This document shows positions 41,015-51,384 of a DNA stretch of 64,000 bases, in pieces (position 1 is the stretch's first letter; each line of letters begins with the position of its first letter). The notes beneath the pieces were generated by a model. That model was not told where the DNA came from. It worked only from the letters and a program-made list of their open reading frames with translations, and did not search any database. The stretch comes from an uncultured delta proteobacterium (GTDB taxonomy: Bacteria > Desulfobacterota > Binatia > HRBIN30 > BPIQ01): NCBI GenBank assembly GCA_963761335.1, contig CAVXGR010000015.1, forward strand, positions 1 through 64,000. Reading direction: 5' to 3'. The position numbers and the translations under genes were made by a program.

Positions 41015-41101
41015 TGAAACCCCCGGTTACCATCGGGGGCTGAACGGTTCGCTTGACACACCATCCGGCCCGCGCGACCCTCAACACCTCAACACCTCGC
41101 C

Positions 41102-41953
41102 ATGATCGAGGATCGACCGAGTCGGACTGCAGAGCGGGTGGCGATACGCCGCGCGCTCCACCAGCTACTGGACGAGCCGCGTGTCCACGATGATCCTCTG
41201 GCGTTGGCGATCCTGGGAGAGACACCTGCCGCGGAGCTGCGCGCCGATCCGCGGCGCTTCGAGGGCGGCCCCGTCGCCCGGGTGCTGCGCGCTTTTCTCG
41301 CCGTCCGCAGCCGCCTGGCGGAGGACGCGCTGGCGCGCGCGGTCGCCGGTGGAGTCCGGCAGTACGTGGTTCTCGGCGCCGGCCTGGACACCTTCGCCTA
41401 CCGGAACCCGCATCCCTCTCTGCGCGTCTTCGAGGTGGATCACCCGGCGACCCAGACCTGGAAGCGCCGCTGCCTGGCGGAGGCAGGCATAGCCGTTCCC
41501 GAGGGCGTGACCTTCGCGGCGGTCGACTTTGCGCGCGAATCCCTGCGGCCGGCCCTGATCGCCGCCGGGCTGCGCAGCGAGGAGCCGACCTTCTTCTCGT
41601 GGCTCGGCGTCACCCCGTACCTTGAGCCGGCGGACGTGATGAAGACCCTGCAGGCGATCGCGCCGTTCGCAGCCGGCGGTGGCGGCGTGGTCTTCGACTA
41701 CAACGTTCCGCCGTCGTCGCTATCGCCGCGGCGCCGGGCGGCGTTCGAGGCTCTGGCCGAGCGGGTCGCCGCCGCCGGGGAGCCCTTTCGCGCCTTCTTC
41801 GAGCCGGAGGCTTTGACTGCGGCGCTGCGTGACATCGGCTTCCGAAGCGTTCGCGACCTCGGCCCGGAGGAGTTGAATGCGGCCTTTCTCGCCGACCGTG
41901 CGGACGAGCTGCGCGTAGGTAGCGCCGGGCACGTCGTGACGGCATTGGCATGA
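41102..41953 (+). CDS. SAM-dependent methyltransferase (LCM-like family)
   Basis: SRTAERVA.RRA, RQYVVLGAGLDTFAYR, VFEVDHPATQ.WK, SWLGVTPYL. Confidence 0.9.
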   Translation: MIEDRPSRTAERVAIRRALHQLLDEPRVHDDPLALAILGETPAAELRADPRRFEGGPVARVLRAFLAVRSRLAEDALARAVAGGVRQYVVLGAGLDTFAYRNPHPSLRVFEVDHPATQTWKRRCLAEAGIAVPEGVTFAAVDFARESLRPALIAAGLRSEEPTFFSWLGVTPYLEPADVMKTLQAIAPFAAGGGGVVFDYNVPPSSLSPRRRAAFEALAERVAAAGEPFRAFFEPEALTAALRDIGFRSVRDLGPEELNAAFLADRADELRVGSAGHVVTALA

Positions 41954-42066
41954 GCACGACGCAGAAGCTTCGGATGTTCGACGCTGTCCGGGCCGCCTGG
42001 GGCGCGGCCGTCCCGCCGCATGTGGCTGTCAGAAAGTAGAGGCGGCCAAGATGGCCGCCTCCCACC

Positions 42067-43464
42067 TCAAAAGAACGACTCCGCCAGTAGAAAAGCCAAA
42101 TCCTCGACGCTGCCGTAGTCCGACCGCTTCGGGCCGGCGAACAGCTGGACGCCGGCGGTGAGCTCGAGGAAGGAGTACGGGTCGTAGCGAAGCACCGGCA
42201 CCACGGCGGCGCTCTCGCCCTCCCAGTCGTACAGGGCGAAGAGCTCGGAGTGCAGCGCCGGGAAGACGTCGTACGCCAGCTCGACCCCGGTCTGGTGCCT
42301 GCCGGAAGAGAGCACCTGACTTCCGCCGAGCCTGTCGGCGGAGGCCGCGGTGACGAAGGGCCCGGCAATGCCGGCAGGCGCGCTCACGGGACGCTGGTCG
42401 GTGGCTTCGAAGAAGGGCAGCAACGGACCTGCCAGCCCTTGCCCGAAGCCGAGCGCGTTGCCGTTGTAGAGGTACTCGCCGAGAACATAGAGCCCGTTGC
42501 CGACGTCGAAGTTGCGGTCGGCGGATGCGACGACCTGCCAGAAGCCGCGCAGCGGCGTCGGGGCCGGGGCGCCGATCGGCCACACCGATCGCTCCGGCTG
42601 GGCGTAGATGGCCTCGAGGCGCACCGCCGTGTCGCCGAGGTTGCGCGCCATGTCGAAGCCGCCAGCCGGTGCATCCCGGAAGTTGCCTGCGACCAGCGAG
42701 TAGTCAGTGTTGCGGAGCACCCCGTGCAAGCGCAGGGCATACGACGAATCGCTCCAGCGATCCTGCGGCGCCACCACCCCTTCGAGGAAGGTGAAGCCGC
42801 TGATCAGCCACTTGGCGTCGAGCGCATCGACACCCGGGCTCTGATCGGCCTCGATCGCCAGGGGAGGAATGAAGTTGAACCGGTCCATCGGGCTCCACAG
42901 GCGGCCGACGCCCCACGGGATCCGCTGGCGTCCGACGATCACCTCGGCGTGCTCTCCCTCGTAGCTGAGCTGGGCGCGATAGAGCAGGTGACGCCAGGTC
43001 CCTTCGTCCGCCGCACCGCCGAAGTCGAAGTCGACGATGCGCTGATCGGCAGACACGTAGCTCGGCGAAGTCAGTCCCAGCGCCAGGCTCTGCTCCAGCG
43101 TTCGCAGCGTTCCCAGCAGCAGCTCGTGGTCGTAGACAACCGTGGCGCTCAGCGTCGGCGTCAGCCGCAGCTCCCAGTGCGTCCGCAGGCGCGTCAGGCT
43201 CTGCCAGACTCCCTGGTGCCCGACGGTCAGGAACGCCGGGCAATCGGCGAAGCCGGCGGCGCTGACGCACGTCGCCCCGGGGAGAGTGGCGGCGATGGCG
43301 TCTGCGAAGGCCTTCTCGCTGGTGCCGTGGGTGGCGACGGCGACCTCGCGGAGCGATCCCGATAGCTCCAGCGATATCTCTCCCTCTTGCCACAGCGTGC
43401 GGGCGCGAGCTTCGCCGCCGAGCAGCGCGACGGCAAGGATCACCGCGCACGGCGCGCGTCTCAC
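42067..43464 (-). CDS. Putative outer-membrane beta-barrel associated with the ABC operon
   Basis: Signal peptide; GRQRIPWGVGRLWSPMD motif; terminal Phe. Confidence 0.7.
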   Translation of the reverse strand: MRRAPCAVILAVALLGGEARARTLWQEGEISLELSGSLREVAVATHGTSEKAFADAIAATLPGATCVSAAGFADCPAFLTVGHQGVWQSLTRLRTHWELRLTPTLSATVVYDHELLLGTLRTLEQSLALGLTSPSYVSADQRIVDFDFGGAADEGTWRHLLYRAQLSYEGEHAEVIVGRQRIPWGVGRLWSPMDRFNFIPPLAIEADQSPGVDALDAKWLISGFTFLEGVVAPQDRWSDSSYALRLHGVLRNTDYSLVAGNFRDAPAGGFDMARNLGDTAVRLEAIYAQPERSVWPIGAPAPTPLRGFWQVVASADRNFDVGNGLYVLGEYLYNGNALGFGQGLAGPLLPFFEATDQRPVSAPAGIAGPFVTAASADRLGGSQVLSSGRHQTGVELAYDVFPALHSELFALYDWEGESAAVVPVLRYDPYSFLELTAGVQLFAGPKRSDYGSVEDLAFLLAESFF

Positions 43465-44153
43465 GGCGCCGCCTTGCGCTCGTCGTTGATGACGCGGCCG
43501 TCGCGCAGGCGAATCGTGCGGCGGGCCTTGCCGATGACCAGCGCATCATGGGTCGAGAACAGAAAGGTGATGCCCCGCTCGCGGTTCAGAAGCTCCATGA
43601 GATCTAGCAGGTGACTCGCCGTATCCGAGTCGAGGTTCGCCGTCGGCTCGTCGGCGAGGACGACGCGCGGCTCGCTGGCGATGGCGCGGGCCACGGCGAC
43701 GCGCTGCTGCTGCCCGCCGCTCATCTCCATTGGCCGCTTGTCGGCCAGCTCGCCGAGGCCGACCTCCGTGAGCAGGTCCAAGGCCTTGGCGCGCCGCGCC
43801 GCTGCCGCCACGCCCTGCAGCTCCATGACGAACTCGACGTTCTCTCGCGCGCTCAGCACCGGGATCAGGTTGTACGCCTGAAACACGAAGCCGAGCTTGC
43901 GCAGCCGCAGCTCCGCTAGCTGCGACGAGCTGAGGCTCGAGAGATCCTCGCCGTCGAGGAGCACGGCTCCCGACGTGGCGGTGTCCAGGGCGCCGAAGAG
44001 GTTGAGCAAGGTCGTCTTCCCCGAGCCGCTCGGGCCCGCCAGGGCGGCAAACTCGCCGTCCTCGATGCGCAGGTCGACGTCGTCGAGCGCCACGGTCTTC
44101 ACCCCTCGTGCGTCGTAGACCTTGCGCAGATGTCGGGCTTCGAGAATCGGCAT
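43461..44153 (-). CDS. ABC transporter ATP-binding protein (LolD/MacB-like)
   Basis: [32 protein letters not shown]. Confidence 0.95.
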   Translation of the reverse strand: MPILEARHLRKVYDARGVKTVALDDVDLRIEDGEFAALAGPSGSGKTTLLNLFGALDTATSGAVLLDGEDLSSLSSSQLAELRLRKLGFVFQAYNLIPVLSARENVEFVMELQGVAAAARRAKALDLLTEVGLGELADKRPMEMSGGQQQRVAVARAIASEPRVVLADEPTANLDSDTASHLLDLMELLNRERGITFLFSTHDALVIGKARRTIRLRDGRVINDERKAAP

Positions 44154-44166
44154 GGCCCCTCCCGGC

Positions 44167-45393
44167 TCAGACGTAGCGAATGGCCTCGGCAGGTCGCAAG
44201 CGCGCCGCCCGCAGTGCCGGCCACAGGCTGGCCACGACCGCCGTGAGCATGGCGATGCCGATCGGGATCACCACATCGTAGCTGCGGATGACCGGCACGA
44301 TCCGCGTGCCGACGCCGACCGCCGTGAGCCCCGAAGCCCAGAAGCTGAGGTCGATGCCGTCGGACAGCGCCGCCACCGCGGCCACGGCGGCGCCGTAGCC
44401 CAGGCCGAGGCCGAGCGCTGTCAGAACGACCGACTCGGTGACGATCATCGCCAGCAGCCGCTGCGGGCGCATGCCGATCGCCATCAGGACACCGATCTCG
44501 CGGATGCGCTCGTAGACCGCCATGAGCAGAACGTTGGCGATGCCGAAGACCATGGCCACGAAGATCGCCGCGTAGACGTACCACCCCACGGAGTCGAATA
44601 TCTCCACCGTCTGCAGCAGCATCGGCCGCAGCTCCTCCCAGGTCTGCACCTCGACGGCGTTGCCGAGGCGGAGGCGCAGCGCCTCGCGGATCGCGGGAAT
44701 CTCGGCGCGCTCACCGGCGATCACGACGACCTCGGAGATCGCCTCGCCGAGCCCGAAGATCTGCTGGCTCTGGTCGAGCCGCATGAAGACGGTGCCGCGG
44801 TCGAACTCGAGCGACGGCGTGCGAAACTCGCCGGCGACGCGGAAGGCCTCCCCCGTCATATCGCCGGAGAGGTCCTGCACCGAGAGAACGACCTTGTCGC
44901 CGACGCCGACGTGCAGCCGGTGGGCGAGGGTTGCGCCGATCAGCAGCCGTTTCGCCGATCCGTCCGCGTCACCCAGATAGCTGCCCGCCACCACCGAGCG
45001 GGCGAGGATGGAGACGGTGGCCTCCTTGGCCGGGTCGATGCCGACGACGCGCACGCCGACGCTCGCCCGCGGCGAGAAGACCAGCCCCTCGCTGGTCACC
45101 CGCGGCGCCCAGGCCTTCACCTCCGGGAGCGAGCGCAACACCTCTTCAGTCGCGTGGCCGCCGTCCGCCAAGCGGACACGCACGACCGGATTGCGGTCGA
45201 AGCCGGGCGCGTGAACCTGCAGGTGGCCGACCTCGGTGGCGATGGCGTTCTGCACCATCTGCAGGACGAGGCCGTTGTTGATCGCCATCGACAGGACGAC
45301 ACCGGCAATGCCGACGGCCACGGCGGTGAGCACGATGGCCGTGCGCCAAGGATTGCGCCAGAGGTTGCGCCAGGCGAGGCGGAGGAAGAGCAC
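44167..45393 (-). CDS. ABC permease, FtsX/LolE-like
   Basis: LAWRNLWRN..RT, ERIREIGVLMAIGM, PA.RAARL.P.EA. Confidence 0.9.
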   Translation of the reverse strand: MLFLRLAWRNLWRNPWRTAIVLTAVAVGIAGVVLSMAINNGLVLQMVQNAIATEVGHLQVHAPGFDRNPVVRVRLADGGHATEEVLRSLPEVKAWAPRVTSEGLVFSPRASVGVRVVGIDPAKEATVSILARSVVAGSYLGDADGSAKRLLIGATLAHRLHVGVGDKVVLSVQDLSGDMTGEAFRVAGEFRTPSLEFDRGTVFMRLDQSQQIFGLGEAISEVVVIAGERAEIPAIREALRLRLGNAVEVQTWEELRPMLLQTVEIFDSVGWYVYAAIFVAMVFGIANVLLMAVYERIREIGVLMAIGMRPQRLLAMIVTESVVLTALGLGLGYGAAVAAVAALSDGIDLSFWASGLTAVGVGTRIVPVIRSYDVVIPIGIAMLTAVVASLWPALRAARLRPAEAIRYV

Positions 45394-45394
45394 G

Positions 45395-46633
45395 TCAGAT
45401 GCTCCGCAGCGCGTCGACGGGACGCGAGCGACTGGCCTTCACGGCGGGGTAGAGCGCCGCCACCGCGGCCACCCCGAGGATGGTGATGGTCGAGCCGATT
45501 GGATTCAGGGGCTTGAGCTTCCAGGTCAGCACCGGCTCGATGCCCCAGAGCTTCATGGCGCCCGCGGCCGCACCGCTGAGGTGAACCGGATGGGCGACGA
45601 AGTACAGGACCAGCGGGATGCCGGCGGCGAGCCCGAGGAGCAGGCCGATGCCGGCGAGGAACATCGACTCGAGGTACACGAGGCGAAACATCGCGCCCGG
45701 ACGAAGACCGAGGGCGAGCACCACACCCAGCTCCCGCCGGCGTTCGAGGATTGCCATCAGGATGGTGTTCAGAATGCCAAAGCCGACGACGATGATCAGG
45801 ATGACGAGCAGCATGTACATCCCCGCATCGTCAAGGAAGATGAACTGCTGCAGCTCCGGAATGACCTGCTCCCAGGTGTGCACCTCGGCGTGCTCGCCAT
45901 GGACGCGGGCCAGCCCGTGCCTCAGGGCCGCCGCGAGCCCCGGGGCGCTGCCGGCGTTGCGCGCCAGGATGGCCACCTCGGTGACCCGATCGCCGTAGAC
46001 GAAGAAGTCCTGCGCGTCGGCGAGAGAGATGACCGCGACGGAGCGATCCAGCTCCGGCTCGGGAAGCCGCATCACCCCGGCGACGGTGAACAGGTCGTAG
46101 GCGGTCTCGAGGGAGTAGGCGACCGAGTACAGCAGCAGCTTGTCGCCGAGGTCGGCGCCGAGGTTCTCGGCGAGGCGTCCGCCGAGGACGATCTGGTGGT
46201 GGCCGTCCGGCGACACGAAGGCGCCCTCCCGCACGCGCTCGGGCAGCGTGGTGACCGTCGCCTCGCGGCGCGGGTCGACGCCGAGCACGGCGATGCCCTG
46301 GGTCGCCGAGTCCTTGGAGATGAGGGCAAAGCCGACGAGCCGCGGCGCGTAGCCGCGGATCCCCGGGGTGCGTTGCAGCAGCGCCTTCAGCGGCTGGTCG
46401 AGGCGGATGAACTGCTCCAGTGTCTGGTTCTCCAGATACCCCTTGCCCATGATGGTGACATGGCCGGAGTGCACGCGGACGGCGTCCTCGATCATCTTCT
46501 CGTGCAGGCCGGCGGCGAGGGCGACGAAGAAGACGACGAGGACGACGGCAAAGACGGTCGCGGCGACGGTGAGGGCCGTGCGGCGCGGGTTGCGCCAGAC
46601 GTTGCGCCACGCGAGCCGCACGGTGAGCGGCAC
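45395..46633 (-). CDS. ABC permease, FtsX/LolE-like
   Basis: LAWRNVWRNPRRT, ERRRELGVVLALG, YPAVKASR..PVDAL. Confidence 0.9.
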   Translation of the reverse strand: MPLTVRLAWRNVWRNPRRTALTVAATVFAVVLVVFFVALAAGLHEKMIEDAVRVHSGHVTIMGKGYLENQTLEQFIRLDQPLKALLQRTPGIRGYAPRLVGFALISKDSATQGIAVLGVDPRREATVTTLPERVREGAFVSPDGHHQIVLGGRLAENLGADLGDKLLLYSVAYSLETAYDLFTVAGVMRLPEPELDRSVAVISLADAQDFFVYGDRVTEVAILARNAGSAPGLAAALRHGLARVHGEHAEVHTWEQVIPELQQFIFLDDAGMYMLLVILIIVVGFGILNTILMAILERRRELGVVLALGLRPGAMFRLVYLESMFLAGIGLLLGLAAGIPLVLYFVAHPVHLSGAAAGAMKLWGIEPVLTWKLKPLNPIGSTITILGVAAVAALYPAVKASRSRPVDALRSI

Positions 46634-46634
46634 C

Positions 46635-47444
46635 TCAGTCGCTCCGCCGGAGGTTCTGGGTCGTGAAGATGCCGTCGTCGAAGTGCTGGTTGAAACGGAT
46701 GGTGTCGATCTGGATGGTCGTCTGGTAGCCCTGCTTGTCGAGCGGCGTCATCGTCCAGTGATAGGGGAAATACCGTCCCTGCACCTCGCGGATGTCGCCG
46801 AAGCGCATGGTGCGCAGGCGCACGCCCTTCTCGTCGTAGTAATCCGAGCGCAGCGGCGTGTAGTGCTCCGTCTCGATCCAGTTGATGATGCGCCCCCACA
46901 CCACCGGGGCGTTCTCGTGCGGGACGTAGTCGACGACGTAGGCGCGGAGGCCGGGAGCGTCTTCCGGATGCGGATCAATGCCGAGGAGGTGGTGATCGTA
47001 GTCTTCGAGCTGGCTCGACTCGCGCACCAGATCGTCGTTGGTGAAGTCGCTGCCCATCCACGACTGGAGCATCATCGACGGCGGGATGCGGGTGGTGCGC
47101 TCGACGCGCGGGATGTACATCCACAGATTCGGATGCAGCTTGAGAAAGCCTGTGCCGGCGTCCTTTGGCGGAGCGAGGATGCGAATGAAGGAGCGCTTCG
47201 CGGGCCGGTCGTCCCAGACGCGGAAGGCGACCGACCGCGGTGCCGGCAGCCGCGGCGAGACGATGGTCATCTTGGCTTCGATGTACGCCGTGTCGCCGCG
47301 CAGCACGTCCTCGGCGCGGCGGGCGATCTCCCGGCCTTCCGTTCCCGCGGGCGCCGGGGTCAGGTGCGCGACCCCTGCCGGCTGCGCAGCCAGCAGCGCC
47401 GCGGGAATCAGTGCCAGGATGACGGCGAGGCCCTTCCAATTCAC
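46635..47444 (-). CDS. LolA-like outer-membrane lipoprotein-sorting protein
   Basis: Signal peptide; P.KDAGTGFLK...LWMYIPRVERT.RI..SMM.QSWMGSDFTNDDL. Confidence 0.85.
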   Translation of the reverse strand: MNWKGLAVILALIPAALLAAQPAGVAHLTPAPAGTEGREIARRAEDVLRGDTAYIEAKMTIVSPRLPAPRSVAFRVWDDRPAKRSFIRILAPPKDAGTGFLKLHPNLWMYIPRVERTTRIPPSMMLQSWMGSDFTNDDLVRESSQLEDYDHHLLGIDPHPEDAPGLRAYVVDYVPHENAPVVWGRIINWIETEHYTPLRSDYYDEKGVRLRTMRFGDIREVQGRYFPYHWTMTPLDKQGYQTTIQIDTIRFNQHFDDGIFTTQNLRRSD

Positions 47445-47546
47445 GACGATATCAACGCCCTCCTCTGCCCCTTCTCGTATCGCCGAGAGCCCGGCGCCGC
47501 AAGGTCCGCTTCCAGCCGTTTGCCATGCGCGGTGACCCGGGTGATC

Positions 47547-47775
47547 GGCAGTGCCTCAATTCACTTCGGGCCCGTTTGACGTCGCCCTCTCCCGCATTGC
47601 CTGCGGGAGAGGGGCAGGGGTGAGGGTGCCAATCTTCTTTGAAGGTACGTGGATAATGACGAGCTTTCAGTGAATAGAAAGGGGCCCCTCACCTGACCTC
47701 TCCCCGCGGAAGTGCGGGGAGAGGGACCTGGTGCCCCAGCGCCGGAATCAATCGGAATCAAACTGACGCACTACC
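47547..47775. repeat. Second copy of the 16827-17043 MITE/REP composite
   Basis: Colinear similarity along the whole length. Confidence 0.75.
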
Positions 47776-47832
47776 GGGTCACCGCTGTCGTTGAAATTCG
47801 TCGTCGGTTCCCGGTAACCTGCTGCCCTTCGC

Positions 47833-48966
47833 ATGGCCGATCTGGGTTGGGGATCTCTGAGCAGTCTGGCGCGGATCCGCGGGTTTCGCAGCCGCCGCCT
47901 GTCTTCGTGGGACCGGAGCGGGGGCAACTCCGACTGGCTCGGTATCGCTCCCGGAGAGACCGCCGTCCTCGGAGAGATCTCCGGCGCCGGGTGCGTGCGC
48001 CACATCTGGATGACGATGATGTCGCTGCCCGAGGAGGAGCACGAGCTGCGGCAGACGGTGCTGCGGATGTTCTGGGATGGCGAGGCGTCGCCGAGCGTCG
48101 CCGTGCCGCTGGGAGATTTCTTCGGCATCGGCTTCGGGCTGCGGCGCAACTTCGCGTCGCTGCCGCTGCAGATGAGCCCGCAGGACGGCCGCGGCTTCAA
48201 CTGCTGGTTCCCGATGCCCTTTGCGCGCGGCGCCCGCTTCGAGATCGAGAACCAGGGCAGCAGCCGGCGCATCTTTTTCTTCTATGTCGACTACGAGGAG
48301 CACGAGCAGATCGACGACGACCTGGGGCGTTTCCACGCCAGGTGGAACCGGACCAACCCGACGGCCGGAACGGCGCGGACGAGCGGCTACACGCGAGCTG
48401 ACTACCGCCTCGACGACCGCCGTCCGGTCGGTGCCGGACTGGGGATGGCGGGGCCCTGGCGGGACGCCAATCTCACCGGAGACCGGAACTACGTGATCCT
48501 CGACGTCGAGGGCAACGGGCACTACGTCGGCTGTAACCTGAACGTCGACGTGTTCACGCGACAGGTCAACGATTGGTACGGCGAGGGCGACGACATGATC
48601 TTCATCGACGGCGAGCCGTGGCCGCCGCGGCTCCATGGCACCGGCACCGAGGACTACTTCGGCACCGCCTTCTGCCCCAAGCAGGAGTACAGCGCCCCCT
48701 ATCACGGCATCACCGTGTACAGCGGCAACGAGGCGTGGCCGTGGGGCGGGAAGAACTCCATGTACCGCTTCCACGTCGAGGATCCCATCCGCTTCGAGCG
48801 CTCCATTCGCGTCACCATCGAGAGCGGCCACAACAACGCCCTCGCCAACGACTACTCGAGCACGGCGTACTGGTACCAGCTCGGGTGCAATCGCGCCTTG
48901 CCGCCGCTGCCGGCCGTCGAGCAGCGATTGCCGCGACCGGATTCTCCCGAGCTGCGCCGCGGCTAG
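47833..48966 (+). CDS. DUF2961 / GH172 glycoside hydrolase
   Basis: SSWDRSGGN.D, HIWMT, VPLGDFFG, WYGEGDDMIFIDG, GTGTEDYF, YRFHVEDPI.F, STAYWYQ. Confidence 0.9.
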   Translation: MADLGWGSLSSLARIRGFRSRRLSSWDRSGGNSDWLGIAPGETAVLGEISGAGCVRHIWMTMMSLPEEEHELRQTVLRMFWDGEASPSVAVPLGDFFGIGFGLRRNFASLPLQMSPQDGRGFNCWFPMPFARGARFEIENQGSSRRIFFFYVDYEEHEQIDDDLGRFHARWNRTNPTAGTARTSGYTRADYRLDDRRPVGAGLGMAGPWRDANLTGDRNYVILDVEGNGHYVGCNLNVDVFTRQVNDWYGEGDDMIFIDGEPWPPRLHGTGTEDYFGTAFCPKQEYSAPYHGITVYSGNEAWPWGGKNSMYRFHVEDPIRFERSIRVTIESGHNNALANDYSSTAYWYQLGCNRALPPLPAVEQRLPRPDSPELRRG

Positions 48967-48973
48967 AGTGGTC

Positions 48974-49438
48974 TCACCAGCTCGCGGCGATCTCGATGGC
49001 GGTGAAGGCGGTGACCGCGGCCAGGCAGAAGAGGTGCGCGTAGCAGATGCGGCGCGCCAGACGGCTCTGCTGCGGCACGGAGAGGTCGTCCTCACCCAGA
49101 GAGATGGCGTCGGGGAAGATGCGGGCGAGGGCGAGAGTGACAGGAACGGCGACCAGCACGGCGGCGAGCAGCCGGAGCCACAGCGGCTCGCGGCCGGCGA
49201 ACAGCTGCACGAGCAGCGCGCCGATGCCGCCGATCATCACCACGCCGATGAGGCGGTTCATCGGAAAGGCCTCGGTGGTCACGCGGCGGTAGTAGCCGCG
49301 GATCGAGGCGACCACCTCGGCGGGGAGATCGCCCCGCCGATGACGCAGGACCTGTACGTCGAACATCAGGTCCATCCACAGCACGGCGAGCAGGAAGCCG
49401 CCACAGGCGGCCAGCAGGCGGGGAACGATCGGGCTCAC
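48974..49438 (-). CDS. Small 4-TM membrane protein
   Basis: GGFLLAVLWMDLMFDVQV plus four hydrophobic segments. Confidence 0.7.
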   Translation of the reverse strand: MSPIVPRLLAACGGFLLAVLWMDLMFDVQVLRHRRGDLPAEVVASIRGYYRRVTTEAFPMNRLIGVVMIGGIGALLVQLFAGREPLWLRLLAAVLVAVPVTLALARIFPDAISLGEDDLSVPQQSRLARRICYAHLFCLAAVTAFTAIEIAASW

Positions 49439-49529
49439 CCGGTGCGCATAGCGAGTTGCGCCTCGCTGTTCCAGCCGCGGCGATCCTCGGCAGGTTGAAT
49501 CAGCCGCGCGGAGGGACTATCGGCGACCA

Positions 49530-50441
49530 ATGATCATCGACGTTCACTGCCACATCTGGGAGAGGCATCTCATTCAGGCCGGCATGAAGGAGCTGCTGGA
49601 GTCGGTGGCCGCAGAGCTCCACATCCAGAGCTCGGAGAACGTCTGGAACGGCTCGATCGAACGGCTCATCCGCGACATGGACGAGGCCGGGATCGATAAG
49701 ACGGTCATCCTGCCCCTGGATTTCGAGTTTCTGCGCAGCGGCGGCGACTTCGGCTTTCGGGCCTTCAACGACCTGGCCGGCGCCTACGCGAGGAAGCATC
49801 CCGATCGCATCGTCGCCTTTGCCGGCATCGACCCGCGGCGCGGCGTTGCCGCGGTTGCCGAGCTGCGGCGCTGCGTGGAGGAGATGGGGTTTCGCGGCAT
49901 CAAGCTCTGGACCGTCACCGGGTTCTTTCCCGACGAGGAGAGCTACTACCCCCTCTACGAGGAGGCGGCCCGCTTGGGCGTGAACGTCCTCGTGCACACT
50001 GGCTACGGACCTGGCGAGAGCTATCTGAGGACCTGCCGTCCCATCCACGTGGACAAGATCGCGGTCGACTTTCGCGAGATCAATTTCATCCTGGCGCACG
50101 TCGGCTCGCCGTGGGTCGACGAGGCGCTGGCGGTCGCGCTCAAGAACCCCAACGTCTACGTGGATATCTCCGCGTGGCAGAAAGTCGCCCGAGACTTCCC
50201 GCTCGGCTTTGCGCAGGCCTTGTCGATGGCCAAGCTCATGCACGGAGGCAGCCACAAGGTGCTCTTCGGTTCCGACTGGCCCCTGTTCACCGAGATCTAC
50301 TCGCAGAAGGGTTGGGTCGATGCCGTCCGCCGCTTGGAGCACCTGCCGGCGCTCCAGATGATGGGGCTGCCGGAGATCACGGAGGAAGACAAGGCGGGAA
50401 TCCTCGGCGCCAACGCGCAGAAGGCCCTCGGCCTCGGCTGA
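49530..50441 (+). CDS. Amidohydrolase_2 family protein
   Basis: IIDVHCH, FAGIDP, HTG, LAHVG, VYVDIS, LFGSDWP, ILGANA. Confidence 0.9.
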   Translation: MIIDVHCHIWERHLIQAGMKELLESVAAELHIQSSENVWNGSIERLIRDMDEAGIDKTVILPLDFEFLRSGGDFGFRAFNDLAGAYARKHPDRIVAFAGIDPRRGVAAVAELRRCVEEMGFRGIKLWTVTGFFPDEESYYPLYEEAARLGVNVLVHTGYGPGESYLRTCRPIHVDKIAVDFREINFILAHVGSPWVDEALAVALKNPNVYVDISAWQKVARDFPLGFAQALSMAKLMHGGSHKVLFGSDWPLFTEIYSQKGWVDAVRRLEHLPALQMMGLPEITEEDKAGILGANAQKALGLG

Positions 50442-50494
50442 CCGGCTCCCATTCCCGGTCCGCGGTTCTGCGACGACACCCAGATGGAGGAGGA

Positions 50495-51370
50495 ATGATG
50501 AACCGTTTGTCGATTCGCCGTGTTCGATACAGACGTTTGGCGGCCGTCTTCATGTCCGTGGCTTTTGCTGCGTTCGCCGGATGCAGCCGGTTGGCGAGCA
50601 AGAGTGTTCCGCAGGTGACCGGTGCTTCCGGCTCGACACTGCGCGTCGGGATCGCCGCCAACTATCCGCCACTGGCGTTCAAGGAAGACGGCAAGCTCAC
50701 CGGAGCCGAGGTCGACTTGGCGCACATGCTGGCGCGCGAGCTCGACGTCAAGGTCGAGCTGGTCGAGACTCCCTGGAAGAGCCTGATCCCCGATCTCGCC
50801 GCCGGCAAGATCGACGTCATCATGTCCGGCCTCTCGATCACACCGGAGCGGCAGAAGCTGGTGAGCTTCGCCGACTCATACGGCACCATCTCGCAGATGG
50901 CGCTCCTGCGCGCCGCGGATTACGACCGCTTGCGGGACGAGGGCGCGCGCAACTCGCCTGCCACGCGCATTGGCGCGGTCGGCGGCACCACCGGCGAGCA
51001 GTACGTGCGCAGCCACGATCCGTTGGCGCAGATCAAGACCTTCCCATCCGTCGACGACGGCGTGGAGGCGCTGCGCAGCGGTCAGATCGACGTCTTCGTG
51101 CACGACGCCCCGGCCATCTGGCGGGTCACCAGCGCGCCCGGCAGACGCGAGCGCGAGCTGAGGGGCCGCTATGTTCCGCTCACGAACGAGAAGCTGGCCT
51201 GGGCTGTCCGCAAGCAGGACGACCAGCTGCGCCGCCGCCTCAACGCCGCCTTGGCGAAGTGGGAGGCGGACGGCCAGCTCGATCTCGTCGGTGCGCGCTG
51301 GATTCCGGTGCGCAAGGTCACGGTGGCGCCGGCGCGGAACGGAGGCGATCGTCCAACGGAGAGACCGTAA
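50495..51370 (+). CDS. Amino-acid ABC substrate-binding lipoprotein (family 3)
   Basis: GGAGG RBS; FAG-C; LRVGI.ANYPP, KIDVIMSGLSITPER. Confidence 0.85.
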   Translation: MMNRLSIRRVRYRRLAAVFMSVAFAAFAGCSRLASKSVPQVTGASGSTLRVGIAANYPPLAFKEDGKLTGAEVDLAHMLARELDVKVELVETPWKSLIPDLAAGKIDVIMSGLSITPERQKLVSFADSYGTISQMALLRAADYDRLRDEGARNSPATRIGAVGGTTGEQYVRSHDPLAQIKTFPSVDDGVEALRSGQIDVFVHDAPAIWRVTSAPGRRERELRGRYVPLTNEKLAWAVRKQDDQLRRRLNAALAKWEADGQLDLVGARWIPVRKVTVAPARNGGDRPTERP

Positions 51371-51384
51371 GTCCGCGGAGAAGA

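Noticed and set aside
42067..47444. LolA-like + FtsX permeases + ABC + barrel operon as a novel system
   Set aside because: This arrangement is widespread; nothing here links it to the Rhs loci.
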